From: a virus | Virus record (IMG/VR): IMGVR_UViG_3300024999_000091 | Coordinates: 4,256 to 68,255 of that record | Direction: 5' to 3' (one strand) | DNA: 64,000 nucleotides | Part shown: piece after piece, positions 39,669 through 49,802 of the stretch | How the letters are laid out: each line of letters starts with the position of its first letter | Position numbering within the stretch: the first letter of the stretch is position 1 | The notes under the pieces: generated by a model | What the model saw: the letters and a program-made list of their open reading frames with translations, nothing else | Databases searched by the model: none | What the model was told of the DNA's origin: nothing | Position numbers and translations under genes: made by a program

Positions 39669-40670
39669 TTAAATATTGAGCGCAATATCGATCTGATCGC
39701 GAACCTTCTGCGGCTGGGCGTTGTAAAACGCCATCTGCTTTGCCGGGTCGGCTATCGCTTGCATCTGATCGAGCGCAGTGTTTCCTGCAGCTGGTGGAGC
39801 CACGCCGGCCGCACCGGTCAGAGAAGCAGGAATTCCTGCCATCTGCGTCGGTGCGCCTGTGGTGGCCGTGGTTACATCGGTCTTCACCGCTTCAACCACC
39901 TTGGCGAAACGGTCGGCGTAGGGGAGTTGTGCGTAAGCAGGATCCGCCAGGAGTTGAGAATCCTTTGCTACCGCTCGGCTCCAAAGGGCCGGGCTATTTT
40001 CCTGCCAGTATGACAGTTCATCGTTGGCGTCTATGGCCTTAAGCAGTTCGGGGTCCACGCCTTCGGCTGGCGCTTGCGCCGGGGCGGGAGCGGCCGGGGC
40101 GGTTGCCGTTGACGGAGCTGCTTGCTGCTTCAGGACAGCAACCGTGGCGGTGAACATATCCGCCAACTCGTCACCGAACTCATCCCTGATAGCCTCAATC
40201 TTCTCGGGCGTAAGGTTTGCCGTGGGGTCTTTGGGAAGACTTACCACGCCCTTATCCTGCAGGGTCTGTCGCAGCTGATCCATTTCCGCCTTGAGAGTAT
40301 TCAGGTCGCCCTCAAGTTGATCGGCCTTCTGAGCCTTTGCCGCGGTCTCTTCGAGTTGCATCCTCAACTGCCGCTTCTCGTGCCGCTCTGCCGCCCATTT
40401 GCTCGGCGGGGCGATGTGCTTGGCCAAGTCTTCGGCCGGGGCCGGGGCTGGCGCTGCAGATGGTTCCGCCGGTGGTACCGCGGCGGCCGGAGTGGCCGAT
40501 GCCGCGGGAACGGGAGGAACAGTCTCGGACGCTACTGCCGGTTGCTGGGGGGCCGCCGGGACTTCCGGTGCCGCTGCCCCTGCTTCGTCGGCTGCAACTG
40601 CGTCTTCGAGCTTCTGCAACTCTTCCATACCCATGGTGCTCAATTTCGATTCATCGATTTCTACTGCCAT
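39669..40670 (-). CDS. Scaffolding protein
   Basis: A/P/E-rich coiled coil between portal and capsid. Confidence 0.75.
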   Translation of the reverse strand: MAVEIDESKLSTMGMEELQKLEDAVAADEAGAAAPEVPAAPQQPAVASETVPPVPAASATPAAAVPPAEPSAAPAPAPAEDLAKHIAPPSKWAAERHEKRQLRMQLEETAAKAQKADQLEGDLNTLKAEMDQLRQTLQDKGVVSLPKDPTANLTPEKIEAIRDEFGDELADMFTATVAVLKQQAAPSTATAPAAPAPAQAPAEGVDPELLKAIDANDELSYWQENSPALWSRAVAKDSQLLADPAYAQLPYADRFAKVVEAVKTDVTTATTGAPTQMAGIPASLTGAAGVAPPAAGNTALDQMQAIADPAKQMAFYNAQPQKVRDQIDIALNI

Positions 40671-40697
40671 ATCACTACTCTCCTTGCCTTTGCATTT

Positions 40698-42812
40698 TTA
40701 CGGTGTTTGCTCACGAGGCATAGTTTGCATCCCCATGCCGGGGAGAGGCTGAACAAGTGCATTGCTCGCCGGTTTCGGTGTTGCTGCTCCTGATGCACCA
40801 GGAGGGAGGCCGCGCCGGGGATCAGCCGGGCGGCCGCCGTTTCCCGCTGGCAGTCCAGGCATTGTGCCGGGGACTCCCAACTTGAATTGTCGAATGAGCT
40901 GCGCTATCTCAAGGCGTTTCTTCATGGCGTCGGCGGTGGCGCTGTTGGCCTGGGCCTTCTTCAGTTCGGTGCCCGCCTCCAATTCTTCCACTTCGGCGAC
41001 GAACTTGCGGATCTCCGCTTGCCGTTGCTCTTCGGCGGCCTGGGCCTGGGCCTGCTCGCTGGCCTCACGCTTGGTTTCGTCTTCCTCGTAGCCGAGTTTC
41101 TTGTTGATCGCCTTGATTGCCTGCTGCTTGTGGGGCATCTCGGAAGATTCCAACCAGAACGGGAGAAGCGTGCCCTTCAGATCGTCTGGCAATTCCTTCA
41201 TGATGGCGCCGATACGCATATGGGTGTGCTGGCGGTATCCGGCCGAGGTGTGAATGTCCTGGATATCCACCTGTGCTCGCATGAGCGACACCCGGTTATC
41301 CATGCCATCATTCAGCACAACCTGTTTTTTCTGCTGGCCGATTTTCTGCGGGATGTTCACGACCGTTCTGCGCGGGCCGATATCGTTGACGATATGGGCA
41401 AAGGCCAGGTCGCCCACATGTTTCCTGGCAGACTGATAGTTCATATTGATTTTGCCGAGAGACTGAGCACCAAGTTCCGCGATAGACTCGACAGCGATGC
41501 CGCTTTGGTCGGTCTCTGAGTTGCCCTGGAAGGTCTGGAAGATTCCGCTTGCGGCGTTTATTTCTTCTCTTGCCCTTTTGCATATCCCCTCCAGTGCGGC
41601 TATCTTCTCCCACTCGCGAATGACCTGGAAATCACGGCCATGCTTCTTGTTGATCAATCCATCGGTCCGGTTGATTTCAAATATCGCTTGGGCATCATTC
41701 ATTCCCTGGAGCGCGTCGTGGTCCTTGACTATCAGCCTCGACCGAAGAATGCGCTGAATCTCGATGACCGCCCGGTTGTACTCCTCCTGGGGACCACGCA
41801 TGCGCCGGATGAGACCGGTGGGAACGTTGCTGCCATCTTCGCGGACACCGACGAATGGGACATATGGGAAATGGTTATGGGGCTCGCGGCTCTGCTCATC
41901 CCAAATGAGATGAGGGCCGAGGAACCACGCTTCGCGGCAGACGTTGATGGGAATCTGGCGGTTCAGCTGCCCGTAGCCGGAGGCGAGCGCGTCCAGGTGG
42001 ATCGGATTGTTCTTGTTGAACTCCATGACCGCGCCGTCATTGGTGAACAATAGGTCGCGCGGTTCGGTGACTTTGTAATAGACCTCGTAGATTCCGACTC
42101 TCGGCCGGCCGCTGTTGTTGTCCAGCACCAGGTCTATCGGGTCGGTGTATTCGTTCTGGGCGGCAAACCAATCAACGGTCGGACCTTCTTCGGCAATATC
42201 GACCGTGCGCCAATCGGAATAGGTGAAATCCACCAGATCGTGATATTCCTTGCCGAGAAACGCCTTGGCCATGTCCTTGTCGAGGAATTTCCGGCGGGCG
42301 AGCCACCGGCAGTCACGACGCAGATCGTTACTCCGCGCCCTGATGTCCCAGAATATTTCATCACGGTGGACATCCTCGATCAGGAGTTTGCCGGCGGCCA
42401 TCGGGTCGGGATTTTTGGTGACATGCACCCATCCGATACCAACTCCTGCCTGAGAACCATATGCTTCGGAGCATGAGGCGTTGGCTTCGGCCAGGCGCAT
42501 CTCGTCATTGAGACGGTGATTGATGGCTTCCGCCATCTCGTCATGCTCTTCGGCCGCGGCCGTGATCATCCAATCAACCCGGTGCTTGGCCTCATACCCG
42601 GTAACGGAATCCATTGCCGGGGCGATGAGGTTTACATGCATCGGGTTTAGACCGAGGCTCTCGATATAGGCAATCTGCTCCTTGCTCCACTGCTTGTTGT
42701 CCCGCCACGCCATGTCGATGGCAGCCTCGCCGCGCCATTGCGGCTGGGAAGCGATATCACTGAGGAGGGAGCGAAGGACCGGATTTGCTTCTGAGAGCCT
42801 TTTGACGATCAT
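40698..42812 (-). CDS. Portal protein (P22-like)
   Basis: QW, NLIAP...V.G.E, G.GW, FPYVPF, GLIRRMRGPQEEYN, SGIAV; follows the terminase. Confidence 0.88.
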   Translation of the reverse strand: MIVKRLSEANPVLRSLLSDIASQPQWRGEAAIDMAWRDNKQWSKEQIAYIESLGLNPMHVNLIAPAMDSVTGYEAKHRVDWMITAAAEEHDEMAEAINHRLNDEMRLAEANASCSEAYGSQAGVGIGWVHVTKNPDPMAAGKLLIEDVHRDEIFWDIRARSNDLRRDCRWLARRKFLDKDMAKAFLGKEYHDLVDFTYSDWRTVDIAEEGPTVDWFAAQNEYTDPIDLVLDNNSGRPRVGIYEVYYKVTEPRDLLFTNDGAVMEFNKNNPIHLDALASGYGQLNRQIPINVCREAWFLGPHLIWDEQSREPHNHFPYVPFVGVREDGSNVPTGLIRRMRGPQEEYNRAVIEIQRILRSRLIVKDHDALQGMNDAQAIFEINRTDGLINKKHGRDFQVIREWEKIAALEGICKRAREEINAASGIFQTFQGNSETDQSGIAVESIAELGAQSLGKINMNYQSARKHVGDLAFAHIVNDIGPRRTVVNIPQKIGQQKKQVVLNDGMDNRVSLMRAQVDIQDIHTSAGYRQHTHMRIGAIMKELPDDLKGTLLPFWLESSEMPHKQQAIKAINKKLGYEEDETKREASEQAQAQAAEEQRQAEIRKFVAEVEELEAGTELKKAQANSATADAMKKRLEIAQLIRQFKLGVPGTMPGLPAGNGGRPADPRRGLPPGASGAATPKPASNALVQPLPGMGMQTMPREQTP

Positions 42813-42817
42813 GGGAT

Positions 42818-43243
42818 TTATCCCCTGTTCTGGAATTGGCCAGTGGCTTTCTGGTAGGTAACGCCGGGCAGGGTGACGACGTTGGACAGCAACTCACCAT
42901 GCAACCTGAATCTCAAGATGCTCATGCGGAACTGGTAGCCGTCGAGTTTGGCCGCCTCGACCTGGAACTCATCGTCCGAAAGGGCATCGACAACTATCCA
43001 ATTGGGATTCTTCGCAACCGGCTGGGCGGCTTCGTCCAGGGTGACATCGGGATATCTGCCTATGTCATCAGGCGGCTCTTCGTTTCCAATCGGTGGCACG
43101 GATGTTTCGACGAGCGCTTCCTCGCGGCTCTCCATCACGTCGTCTTCGATGGGGACTCCAACCTGTGCTTTCTCAGCTATCTCGACGCTTCCCAATGTAT
43201 TGGTCTGCGGCAACGGCTGCGGTGCTTGTTTCCTGGGTGGCAT
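42818..43243 (-). CDS. Hypothetical protein
   Basis: GAGGAG RBS. Confidence 0.65.
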   Translation of the reverse strand: MPPRKQAPQPLPQTNTLGSVEIAEKAQVGVPIEDDVMESREEALVETSVPPIGNEEPPDDIGRYPDVTLDEAAQPVAKNPNWIVVDALSDDEFQVEAAKLDGYQFRMSILRFRLHGELLSNVVTLPGVTYQKATGQFQNRG

Positions 43244-43284
43244 GTTGTTCTCCTCTAAAAATGAAGGTGGATGTTATCTGTGTC

Positions 43285-43566
43285 CTATATGGGAAAGCGG
43301 TTCTCGTATCCGTTGCATTTCAGGATAGCTTCACCGCTTGCCATATGGCCATCTGCGCCTGTATCGACGCTGGTCAGGAGCGAGCCGACAATCGAAGATA
43401 TGCTGGGCAATTTGCATGGCGTCACTTTCGGCAGGTGCGGGTTTCCGGTCTCATGGTCATTCAAGCAATGCAGACAGCTCTGGCATGCCTGGTAGTCAGG
43501 CACGGTGTTGCCTTCCTGTGTCGGGGTGGTTCCGTCCATCCTGGTGATTCTCGCACTCCAAGTCAT
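43285..43566 (-). CDS. Hypothetical Cys-containing protein
   Basis: AGGAG RBS; follows TerL. Confidence 0.55.
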   Translation of the reverse strand: MTWSARITRMDGTTPTQEGNTVPDYQACQSCLHCLNDHETGNPHLPKVTPCKLPSISSIVGSLLTSVDTGADGHMASGEAILKCNGYENRFPI

Positions 43567-43585
43567 GTTATTCTCCTATGTGGGG

Positions 43586-46000
43586 TTAATAAGGAGTAGG
43601 CCGCCGCTCGACATACGAGTTGGTGGCCTTCTCTTCGATAAGTGCCATCAGTCCTTCACCCTCGCCCATCAGCCCGTATTCCAGAGCCTCGACAGGGTGG
43701 GACCATTCGTTTTTGTCGGGAACATCCATAAATTTCTGATCTCCGGCAACCTGTAGGCGCCGGTAACAGAACTTGCCGGACAACCCCTTGCGTATCATCT
43801 TCGCCTTCTTACAGATCAGCAGGCGGGGCCGCCCGTTCATGCCAAGTTGCGTAAGCGGTTGAGCAACCGCCGCTCGACGCTGCAATGTGTCGTTGGTATC
43901 GCACGGCATACAGGGAATGCCATGGAGGTTGAGTATCTGAATAGCTGAGCTCTCAACCTCCTGCCCTGGATGTTGGCCGGCAGGGTCACCCCAACCGATA
44001 AACGAGGCGCCCTTGTAGTTCTGGTTCAGATAGTTCAACAGGTTCGGCGCGAACTTCGAGGCAGACATGGATGTAGCGCAAAACTCATCGAGGCAGAACC
44101 ATGTCCCGCCGATATCCTGGATGATTGCACATGCAGGGGTCCGGCCAAAATCGAAGGAGAGGACAATCGGTGAATCAGGCCGCCAATCGACATCATCTAC
44201 GCAATGGATTGAGTCGTTGTACTCGGGATGGACTGGTTTGCCGTCCATGACGAATCCATACATGTTGGCGAGGTTTACTTTGATCCAATCGTCGCTCTTA
44301 CCCTGCATGCCCCGCTCGTAATAGCGAGGCACCTGTACTTCCAGGTTCTCGCGGTTTTCATGTGCAGGATTAACCACCCACACACCATTGACCTTGTACA
44401 CCCCACCGGGTTGCCGGAAAAACTTCCAATCTGGCAACTTGCCAGCCGGAGCCAATTCTTCTTGGAATCTGTAGAGCCAATGATCTTCGTCGCACTGGTT
44501 TGTGTCGCCGAACATGCCGTGCCAGCTCGGCAATACCTCTCCGAGAATCATTGATGGGTATCGGCCATGCCGAAGATCAGCCATGTCCACAATTTCCTTC
44601 GGCAATTCCTTGGCCTCGCTGAGATAAAACCACGTAGTTTGTTGTCCTCGTAGTTTCCTGATGTGATCTGGGCGATCCAAGGCAATGAATATCATCTCAT
44701 GATGAACAGTAGTTGGATGCGGAACGATCTTTGTCGGAGGCACCTTGAAGCGCATGGTGAATACTGGAGGTTCCTTACTACCTTCCTTCCACACCCCAAT
44801 GTCTCCGAATATGGATTTAAAATCTTTGGCTGTGGTCCCGAGTAATTCTGCGTATGTATTCCTGATCGCAATGCATTTTGTCGGACGTATCCCGCGTCGA
44901 TTAGGTGTCTGCTGCATCATGAGACGAAAGCTCTTGTAGCAGGAGGTGGTGGTTTTTGCCGAATTGCCAGTGATGAAAATGCAGTCGTTATGCCGGGCAA
45001 GGAAAAATGATGTGGGGACGGTGAAGCAATATTTTCTCCCGTTGAGCGCTGGAGCCCTCACGCATTCGGTGGTGTTCCTGATATTTGTGTCATTCTTCCT
45101 GGAATTTAATCCGTGGATATAGACACAGAAGATATCTTTCCATTCAGGTCTTTCAGGGCGAACCTTCCTGGACATTGTTGCTTTTCTACCCGTGGCATGA
45201 GAGGCATACTGGATAAAATCAGCGTCATCTTTATGGGCAGTGAAAAACCGCGTCTCTTCTGTGGTGAATAATCCATCCCAATGAGATAACTCGTCGATAA
45301 TCACGGCCAGTTGATGAGATGAGCATTGCCACCATTGACCGTCGAAATGCTTGCCGTGATATGGTGAACGGAAGAAGTAATTATCCTCTGTCGGCCTACT
45401 CTCGTAGGTTTTTTTCTCGAATAAAACACCATTCGAATTAAGCAGCATTTCCAACCGTTCTTTCTTCCTGGCCTTTCTCAAACCGAAACGACAGTAGTTA
45501 TCATTGCATCTCTCGGGGAAATTCCCATCAGCATGAATAGCAACGGCCAACCTGATCATATCGTCAGACATATCCACCCCCATTCGCGCGGGAGGCGAGA
45601 ACAAGAATGGAATATGCCTGATCGACTTGTGCTTTTCGATATCTCCCGCGAGAGCTACCCGGAACTTGCGGTGATAATCGTAATACGGGACTCGATGCTC
45701 ATCCGAAAGGTTCATCGAGAGCGAATATTCGTTACGGAAATTGATGAGAGTTTCGCAGGGCAGATCGACGTATTGATCTGGTCGCACATGGCTGATATGT
45801 CCTGTGGATGGATCCCACTGAGCAACCGTGTCACCTTCAATGAACTGGTCAATCCGTTTCCAGCCGGTGCCGGTGAAAAACTCGGTATCTCCCGACAGGC
45901 AACCCAGGGGGCCTGTGATGATTGAGTTGGTAGTCCTGTCGTCGTAGTAGGCTTGCAGCACTGGGCCGGGTGGAGTGAATAGATAGCGATGGGTGGTCAT
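43586..46000 (-). CDS. Terminase large subunit with intein
   Basis: Walker A GPLG|SAKTT split by the intein; SEAKE Walker B, DTN, FDFGRTPA, GDPAG, SHPVEALEY. Confidence 0.92.
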   Translation of the reverse strand: MTTHRYLFTPPGPVLQAYYDDRTTNSIITGPLGCLSGDTEFFTGTGWKRIDQFIEGDTVAQWDPSTGHISHVRPDQYVDLPCETLINFRNEYSLSMNLSDEHRVPYYDYHRKFRVALAGDIEKHKSIRHIPFLFSPPARMGVDMSDDMIRLAVAIHADGNFPERCNDNYCRFGLRKARKKERLEMLLNSNGVLFEKKTYESRPTEDNYFFRSPYHGKHFDGQWWQCSSHQLAVIIDELSHWDGLFTTEETRFFTAHKDDADFIQYASHATGRKATMSRKVRPERPEWKDIFCVYIHGLNSRKNDTNIRNTTECVRAPALNGRKYCFTVPTSFFLARHNDCIFITGNSAKTTTSCYKSFRLMMQQTPNRRGIRPTKCIAIRNTYAELLGTTAKDFKSIFGDIGVWKEGSKEPPVFTMRFKVPPTKIVPHPTTVHHEMIFIALDRPDHIRKLRGQQTTWFYLSEAKELPKEIVDMADLRHGRYPSMILGEVLPSWHGMFGDTNQCDEDHWLYRFQEELAPAGKLPDWKFFRQPGGVYKVNGVWVVNPAHENRENLEVQVPRYYERGMQGKSDDWIKVNLANMYGFVMDGKPVHPEYNDSIHCVDDVDWRPDSPIVLSFDFGRTPACAIIQDIGGTWFCLDEFCATSMSASKFAPNLLNYLNQNYKGASFIGWGDPAGQHPGQEVESSAIQILNLHGIPCMPCDTNDTLQRRAAVAQPLTQLGMNGRPRLLICKKAKMIRKGLSGKFCYRRLQVAGDQKFMDVPDKNEWSHPVEALEYGLMGEGEGLMALIEEKATNSYVERRPTPY
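44963..45901 (-). mobile_element. Intein (313 aa) with LAGLIDADG-like core
   Basis: Begins CLSGDTE, ends KYCFTVP...ITGN followed by Ser; AIHADG and SHWDG motifs. Confidence 0.88.
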
Positions 46001-46696
46001 CTATTCATCCTCATCCTGTTGATTCAAAGGGTCTTCTGGTCCGCCTTCGACGTATGCTCCATAGCCAGGATCATGAATAATGACCGTCGGCAGGGCGTCA
46101 TCCTCGCTTCTCTTGTCGTCCAAATTGAATGCCAATCGTTCCAACATCTGCCGCTTATGGCTGGCTCCCGTCAACTGGTTGTAGGCCATACACAGGTCGG
46201 TATCGCAGATGTCAAAATCTTGGGAGATGATCTCCCCTTTATATGAAAAAACTTTGGTAATTTTTCCAGTGAGCAGGCGGGCGGCGAGAGTCTCTTCGAT
46301 CAGTCTGAGTTTCGATAGGTCTTTCCGATGGGAGCGCAAAACGGCAACGCGAGTCTCAGCGGCGAGTTCGATATCTCGCTGTTCAAGCTCATCGTCTGGA
46401 GGTTGACACTCGGTTTCTCTTATGTTGTCAGTTGTCAACTTATCGGCTGGCGGTGTCAACATTCCAACCAATTCACGAGCAGACCGAGCATCTTCCTTGA
46501 TCAGTTTGGCTTGCGCAACCCTTCGTACTTCCGATGAATTATCACGTGCCCACTCGCCTTCTTTAATCTTCTTGTAGAGAGATTGGCGGCTACACCCATG
46601 ACGACGACACAACTCCGCGTCTGTAAACTGAGCAGTGGAATACTCACGTTTGATTGCTGGCCAATCAAATCTATCCCTCCCACTCGGTTTTCCCAT
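46001..46696 (-). CDS. Terminase small subunit
   Basis: N-terminal HTH (DWPAIKREY...ELCRRHGCS...W); immediately upstream of TerL. Confidence 0.75.
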   Translation of the reverse strand: MGKPSGRDRFDWPAIKREYSTAQFTDAELCRRHGCSRQSLYKKIKEGEWARDNSSEVRRVAQAKLIKEDARSARELVGMLTPPADKLTTDNIRETECQPPDDELEQRDIELAAETRVAVLRSHRKDLSKLRLIEETLAARLLTGKITKVFSYKGEIISQDFDICDTDLCMAYNQLTGASHKRQMLERLAFNLDDKRSEDDALPTVIIHDPGYGAYVEGGPEDPLNQQDEDE

Positions 46697-46818
46697 CGCG
46701 ATCTCCTATAACAAAGATATGATTTTCCGCTAATATTATAGGCCAAAACTATTAATCGCAACGTTTTTATATTGGTTCGATAGGCAAAACCGATAACACC
46801 AGTATTTTGCTTTTGTGC

Positions 46819-46846
46819 TTGACATTACCCATTGGGTAATGATACA
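46819..46846 (+). promoter_or_regulatory. Promoter with perfect palindromic operator
   Basis: TTGACA followed by CATTACCCA-T-TGGGTAATG (46823-46841). Confidence 0.65.
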
Positions 46847-46910
46847 AAGAATCATGCAGGAAGTTTTTGAAGGAAAAACAGGACAAAAGATAAACACATA
46901 GGAGAGCCAC

Positions 46911-47138
46911 ATGGACCCGAAGACCATCGAGCAACGCAGGCGCAGAAACCAGGAAATCCTTCAAAAGATGACGATGGCAAAACTCATCTCGGCACAGGAC
47001 CGCCCTTTCACCATCATCTCCCCGCCAGATTGGAATGAGAGTTATATCAAACCTGAGCCGAAACTTTCATGGCGGGAGCGGATCATGATAACCGTCGGCA
47101 TCATTGCGGTGCTGGTGTTCTGCTCGCTGAAAGTTTGA
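46911..47138 (+). CDS. Small membrane protein
   Basis: AGGAG RBS; C-terminal TM. Confidence 0.65.
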   Translation: MDPKTIEQRRRRNQEILQKMTMAKLISAQDRPFTIISPPDWNESYIKPEPKLSWRERIMITVGIIAVLVFCSLKV

Positions 47139-47157
47139 CTATAGATGGGAGGAAACC

Positions 47158-47421
47158 ATGCCACTTGAATTTTGGACCAGCCTCATAAAGACGAACATGC
47201 GGCAAACAGAATCAGCCGAGAAGAGTCTCAAAGCCAACTGCACCAAAGTTAATGATCGTTACTGGATATTCGAGGGTGAAATCGACTGTCTTTCGGAAGA
47301 TGGCGTAAGTTTTAAGGTCGTGTCTGAGGGCTCCGTTCCATGCCTCGGAGGGAAGTCAAAGAAGGCGTTGGTCAAGATATGCCTGGAGAGATTCGGTATA
47401 GACGTTACCAATGAGGGATAA
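47158..47421 (+). CDS. Hypothetical protein
   Basis: GGAGG RBS. Confidence 0.65.
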   Translation: MPLEFWTSLIKTNMRQTESAEKSLKANCTKVNDRYWIFEGEIDCLSEDGVSFKVVSEGSVPCLGGKSKKALVKICLERFGIDVTNEG

Positions 47422-47426
47422 ACCAA

Positions 47427-47711
47427 ATGGACGAAAGAGAAAAGCAGCCTACATTTGGTATGCGCAGCCAATTTGAGAGGGAATGTAAGGGCAAGGAGAT
47501 GGCCGTCGCTGAATTGTTCGAACAAGAAAGGTATGACCCGACTATCAAAAGATTTATCGACATGTGGCAGGCAGGCCTTTTCCCTTCTTTTGAAAATATG
47601 CTCTGCAGTCTAGTGGTGCAACTATCGACCGAGAAGGATACGATTCAGAAATTATTGCTTAACTTTCACAACACTATGCCCAATCCCCTTGTGTTAAGAA
47701 TTGACGATTGA
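47427..47711 (+). CDS. Hypothetical protein
   Basis: GAGGG RBS; operon packing. Confidence 0.6.
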   Translation: MDEREKQPTFGMRSQFERECKGKEMAVAELFEQERYDPTIKRFIDMWQAGLFPSFENMLCSLVVQLSTEKDTIQKLLLNFHNTMPNPLVLRIDD

Positions 47712-47798
47712 TCATTGGACCAAGCCGGGGGCGATGCTCCCCCCGGCGGCAGTCGAGCGGTCAAACATCCAGATCAAAATCAACACGGAGGACGGGCA

Positions 47799-47987
47799 TT
47801 GGAACCAATAAGGGTCGGAGATAAATTCAGGGTTATAAAATCAGGAATGGTGTGGAAGGTTACGAAAGACCTTTGTTTCGGCAAAGTAGATGTTATCTGC
47901 CGGGATAAGCACCTACAGGGTATGAAGCACAAAAAAGACCTGAGAGACACGACAAGATATGAGAGATTGAAAGGAGAAACATTATGA
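47799..47987 (+). CDS. Small basic protein
   Basis: GGAGG before TTG 47799, after a structured leader. Confidence 0.55.
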   Translation: MEPIRVGDKFRVIKSGMVWKVTKDLCFGKVDVICRDKHLQGMKHKKDLRDTTRYERLKGETL

Positions 47988-48247
47988 ACCCCAGAAGCAT
48001 CAAAATCAAAACCACCTGCAACGGCATGACGGTCAACACCACCCTCGCAAGCCCCATCTCGCCCCTTGGCGATGTCCGGGACGCCTCCGTGCAGATCAGG
48101 CAGATCAACAATATTCCGGCAGACGTACCTACCGCATTGGCGATCAGGCTCTTTTCCGGAACCTGCGATATCACCGGGCTGTGCGGGCAGAAAGAGCGGC
48201 TGGAATTCGATTACTCCGAGTTGGGGTATGGGAAAATCATTCGATAA
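47984..48247 (+). CDS. Hypothetical protein
   Basis: AAGGAG RBS. Confidence 0.6.
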   Translation: MNPRSIKIKTTCNGMTVNTTLASPISPLGDVRDASVQIRQINNIPADVPTALAIRLFSGTCDITGLCGQKERLEFDYSELGYGKIIR

Positions 48248-48257
48248 GGAGAGAGTT

Positions 48258-48458
48258 GTGAAAAGAATACTCACAAGAGATGTCACGCCAGAAGAGTGCC
48301 CATGGCTTGATGAAACGATAAAGAAGGGTGCCGTAGTAGTATTTGATTACTCTGATTGCACCTACGGTTGCATTTCTGATTCTGGCAAGGCTGTTTCCAG
48401 GGAAGAGGGGAAAAAGCCTTTTTTCGAGATCCCGCGAAACGCTTTGGGGTTGCAATGA
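48258..48458 (+). CDS. Small phage protein
   Basis: AAGGAG before GTG; ECPWL...TYGCIS...PFFEIP. Confidence 0.6.
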   Translation: MKRILTRDVTPEECPWLDETIKKGAVVVFDYSDCTYGCISDSGKAVSREEGKKPFFEIPRNALGLQ

Positions 48459-48676
48459 TCACCATCAAAGCTATCCGCGCAAAGCTCGGCATATCCCAAG
48501 CGGTCATGGCCAAGCTGCTCGGCACATCCCCGCACCGAGTCAGCGAGATCGAGCGGGGGGCATACGGACGGAAGGAATCAGTGCAGATGCAGGCCCACCT
48601 GGTCGCGCTCGAATCGGCGCACGAGTCCGGCGAGATCGAGGCACTTATCAAAACCATGAAGGAGAATAAGGTATGA
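48455..48676 (+). CDS. XRE-family HTH regulator
   Basis: IKAIRAKLGISQAVMAKLLGTS...VSEIERG. Confidence 0.85.
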   Translation: MITIKAIRAKLGISQAVMAKLLGTSPHRVSEIERGAYGRKESVQMQAHLVALESAHESGEIEALIKTMKENKV

Positions 48677-49353
48677 GAGAAGAAGACCAAAGTAATATTC
48701 AATGGGGAAAGGCGGACACTGAGGACGCCGATCTGCGAGAGAAGCAGGGCGGCCCAATAGTCCACGTATCCGACATGGCAACAACAGGCTGCTCAGTATT
48801 CGACGCGCACTCAATTGTCGAACAGCAGATGATAGACAGCATTGGTCTTTCGGCCTTGGAGTTGAACGCAGTCAACGACAAACTTGAGAATGACGATGGA
48901 CTCACCGCCTGGACCGCCATTATCAGGAAACCCTCCTACATCATCGACGATTACCCTGAGCCCTACCACCTCATCCAGATCGAGGGAGGTAACGCCCAGC
49001 ATGCGGCCGAACTGGCATTGATCGAGGCCATGCGAACCGACGAGAATGAAGGCCGGCAGCCGATCACGCAAGACGATTACGAACTGGTCGTGGTCTTCGC
49101 CGGGCTTCCGGATCCTGCTCTCTGGGGATGGTCGATGGATATGCCAGCGGAAGATAAACCGGAATTCGAGATCATCAAGTCCAGCACCATCGAAGTCTAT
49201 ACCTGCAAGTGTGGCGCCGGGCCCCACCACTTCCTTTGCTGCAATGAAAAAGGAATCGGCGTCTGCCTCCACCGGACCGGCGAGCGGATGCTCTACAAAT
49301 GCGAAATGTGCGGCCACATCGTGGAAATCAACAACGATTCAATCGACGAATAG
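48673..49353 (+). CDS. Hypothetical protein with C-terminal Zn-ribbon
   Basis: CKCG...CEMCG. Confidence 0.65.
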   Translation: MREEDQSNIQWGKADTEDADLREKQGGPIVHVSDMATTGCSVFDAHSIVEQQMIDSIGLSALELNAVNDKLENDDGLTAWTAIIRKPSYIIDDYPEPYHLIQIEGGNAQHAAELALIEAMRTDENEGRQPITQDDYELVVVFAGLPDPALWGWSMDMPAEDKPEFEIIKSSTIEVYTCKCGAGPHHFLCCNEKGIGVCLHRTGERMLYKCEMCGHIVEINNDSIDE

Positions 49354-49362
49354 GAGAACGAT

Positions 49363-49728
49363 ATGAGAAAGGTTATGGTTAGTGCGATGGTTTGGAACAC
49401 AGAAGCAAAGAGAAACCTGAAACAAGAAAAAGGAGAGGCATTATTCCATCAATTTGGCGTCGATCACGAGGAGTTTGATGGCGGACCAGGGAATTACACC
49501 GCGGCAGTAGTCGAATGGCCTGATGGTCAAGTGGAATTGGTCCCTGCTCACCATGTGAGATTCATGGACTCTGCCACGAAAAAGGAAAACGCTCCCCTGA
49601 AAGTTCACCCTATAATGATCGAAGAACTTGAAGATTTGCTTAAAACTATCTCGCACTGCGACATATCGAGGGAATCTGAAGACAACGCCCTGGAAGCAGC
49701 TATCGACTTCCTGAAGCGATTCGTTTGA
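49363..49728 (+). CDS. Hypothetical phage protein
   Basis: AGGAG RBS; FHQFG...GPGNYTAAVVE.PDG motif. Confidence 0.7.
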   Translation: MRKVMVSAMVWNTEAKRNLKQEKGEALFHQFGVDHEEFDGGPGNYTAAVVEWPDGQVELVPAHHVRFMDSATKKENAPLKVHPIMIEELEDLLKTISHCDISRESEDNALEAAIDFLKRFV

Positions 49729-49802
49729 CCATTGGACCACGGCGGGAGAAATCCCGCCTGCAGTCGAGCGGTCAAACATCAACATCAAAAAATGGAGAAC
49801 AC

